From positions 32,001 to 96,000 of the forward strand of contig JAOZFH010000026.1 of assembly GCA_027491415.1 (NCBI GenBank): 64,000 bases of DNA, in the 5' to 3' direction. The stretch's first letter is position 1. Each line of letters opens with the position of its first letter. Below are positions 62,483-64,000 of the stretch, piece after piece. The DNA is from Thermoproteota archaeon (GTDB lineage Archaea > Korarchaeota > Korarchaeia > Korarchaeales > Korarchaeaceae). A program made the translations under genes and the position numbers. Under the pieces are notes generated by a model. The model was given only the letters and a program-made list of their open reading frames with translations. It searched no databases and was not told the DNA's origin.

Positions 62483-63298
62483 TCACGCCTCCGCCGTGCG
62501 CTTCCTGATCTCGCGCTCGGCAACCACCTCGGCCCTGCCCCCTGAGGACCTGACCTCCTCCAGTATCCTTTTGGTGGCCGTGGTGGCCATTCGCCTGACG
62601 AGGGATGGGTCCCTGCTGCTGACCCTGACGACGTATCTCGGGGCCCCCGCCGTGAAGGCCTCGATCGCCACCTTTTCGGACTGTATGGACGTGCCCTTCA
62701 GGAGGGCGTCCCTGATTACCTCCACGCCGTCGGGGGATGTGGAGACCAGCTTGAGCGTAACTTCCTTTATGTACAGCGGGGGCTTCAGCTGCTCTCTTAT
62801 CAGGGGGACCAGCTGCCCCGCAATGCCCTTGGGAATTCCCAGCCTGTCTAAGACCTCCGGATGCCCAAGCGCATCCTCTAGGGCCTCGAGGGCCGATTCG
62901 TAGACATCCTCGATCTGAGCCAGAATTCTCTTGGCGGTCTCCTCCGGATCCCGGACGCCCGCCCTCGTTGCGGCCACTCGGATCAAAGAGAGGGCCCTAG
63001 ACCTCTCCTTCCACTCCCTCAGCTTTCGTTCCGCCTGATCCCTGCTGACGTATCGGAGGGAGAGGTCAACCTGCTGCCTCGCCCTGTCCGCCCGTATTAC
63101 CCTGCCGACTACGCGGTCTCCCTCCTTAACGAAGTCGCGTATGTCCTTGATCCTCCCGGAGGCCACGTGACCTCTGGGTATGTACGCCTCTAGGCCGTCG
63201 TACTCCTCTAGTTCGGCGATGACCCCGTGCTCCTCGACCCTCTTGATCGTTGCGACGACCAGCTCGTTTCGGCGGGGGAAGTCCCGGGGCATCCTCAT
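62483..63298 (-). CDS. Translation initiation factor aIF2 alpha
   Basis: S1 domain (L.EY, VDLSLR), GAPRY motif and operon context. Confidence 0.93.
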   Translation of the reverse strand: MRMPRDFPRRNELVVATIKRVEEHGVIAELEEYDGLEAYIPRGHVASGRIKDIRDFVKEGDRVVGRVIRADRARQQVDLSLRYVSRDQAERKLREWKERSRALSLIRVAATRAGVRDPEETAKRILAQIEDVYESALEALEDALGHPEVLDRLGIPKGIAGQLVPLIREQLKPPLYIKEVTLKLVSTSPDGVEVIRDALLKGTSIQSEKVAIEAFTAGAPRYVVRVSSRDPSLVRRMATTATKRILEEVRSSGGRAEVVAEREIRKRTAEA

Positions 63299-63523
63299 TC
63301 ACTCCGCGAGCTTTCCGTAAACGGCCATGATGGGGGCGTGTATCCTTGCCTTGCCCCCGGTGGGTTCAGCCAGTACCTCGTCGCAAACCAGACAGCGGAC
63401 CACGCGAGATGCGTGGGAGAAAATCGTCTGCTCGTTTCCACACTTGGGACACTTAACCCTGACGAAGTACGAGCGCGGCAGGGGGATTGGGGCCTTCTTC
63501 CGGCTCCTGCCCACTAACACCAC
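63299..63523 (-). CDS. rps27e: 30S ribosomal protein S27e
   Basis: [20 protein letters not shown]...C..C...LAEPTGGKA. Confidence 0.95.
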   Translation of the reverse strand: MVLVGRSRKKAPIPLPRSYFVRVKCPKCGNEQTIFSHASRVVRCLVCDEVLAEPTGGKARIHAPIMAVYGKLAE

Positions 63524-63524
63524 C

Positions 63525-63803
63525 TCACCTGACTATCTCGACCCTGCTGAGCCTGCCCAGACTCCTCAGCTGTTTCCTGCCGCACCGAGAGCATGTCAGG
63601 ACTAGCACCGCCTTCTTGTTGATCTTGGCCTTCCTCTTCAGCATTCCCCTCGGCTCTCCGCCGTAACCGCGCCTCTTCCTCTTGAGCTGCCTGGCTCCCC
63701 ACGAGAGGGTCCTCTGCCTGCCCGCCTTGTAGAGGGAGACCTTGTGCTCTGTGTGGGTCCCGCACTTGGGGCAGTAGGTCCTAATCTTGCTCGGCACCCT
63801 CAT
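63525..63803 (-). CDS. rpl44e: 50S ribosomal protein L44e
   Basis: TYCPKC..HT.H, GYGG, K..KK and C..C motifs. Confidence 0.95.
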   Translation of the reverse strand: MRVPSKIRTYCPKCGTHTEHKVSLYKAGRQRTLSWGARQLKRKRRGYGGEPRGMLKRKAKINKKAVLVLTCSRCGRKQLRSLGRLSRVEIVR

Positions 63804-64000
63804 TCCCTATCAACACCTCCACGACTCCCCTAGCCTCCAGGGCTGCGGCATCCTCGACCGGGAGGAGGCAGACATCGCCCTCCCGGAAGGGCCCGTAAAC
63901 CCTCAGGTCCGACGCCACGAACTCCCCCAAGGGTGTTTTAAACGTTACTAAAACCTTCCCGCGCGGGAGTTTCGGCGGCTTGAGGGGTTCAACCACCAGG
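63781..64000 (-). CDS. GINS subunit (Gins51/15) C-terminal B-domain, 5'-truncated
   Basis: FV..DL..YGPF..GDV..LP...A..L...G pattern; conserved position upstream of L44e. Confidence 0.8.
   Translation of the reverse strand, partial: LVVEPLKPPKLPRGKVLVTFKTPLGEFVASDLRVYGPFREGDVCLLPVEDAAALEARGVVEVLIGNEGAEQD

Noticed and set aside
1-64000. CRISPR arrays, rRNA, transposases, tRNA introns, selenocysteine TGA readthrough
   Set aside because: No regularly spaced repeats, rRNA signatures, transposase motifs, intron-containing tRNAs or TGA-interrupted conserved genes were seen by eye.

Overview
GC-rich, gene-dense chromosomal segment of a probably thermophilic TACK-type archaeon. The combination of an HMf-type histone, S25e, the GINS-L44e-S27e-aIF2alpha-Nop10 operon, Tes, BpsA and RadA suggests a Korarchaeota-like lineage, but that is inference. 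About 67 CDSs and three intron-less tRNAs (Arg-TCG, Arg-TCT, Thr-TGT) are present. The genes are mostly housekeeping: lipid synthesis (GGR, tetraether synthase), tRNA modification, nurA-herA-mre11-rad50, radA/ogg, tldDE, alaS and an S-layer gene cluster. No CRISPR array, rRNA, integrase or transposase was recognised. The most unusual signals are: (i) an AdoMetDC homolog lacking its pyruvoyl-forming Ser, coupled to branched-chain polyamine synthase; (ii) a degenerate UppP/BacA domain fused to a DedA domain; (iii) a GIY-YIG-HAD fusion with one in-frame TAG; (iv) PspA paired with a 2-TM winged-helix protein; (v) sulfur-carrier homologs lacking their active Cys or Gly-Gly; (vi) an S-layer protein without a C-terminal anchor next to three membrane-anchored partners; and (vii) a 600-bp AT-rich intergenic region with repeated motifs. 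All calls are from motif reading by eye; no database searches were run.
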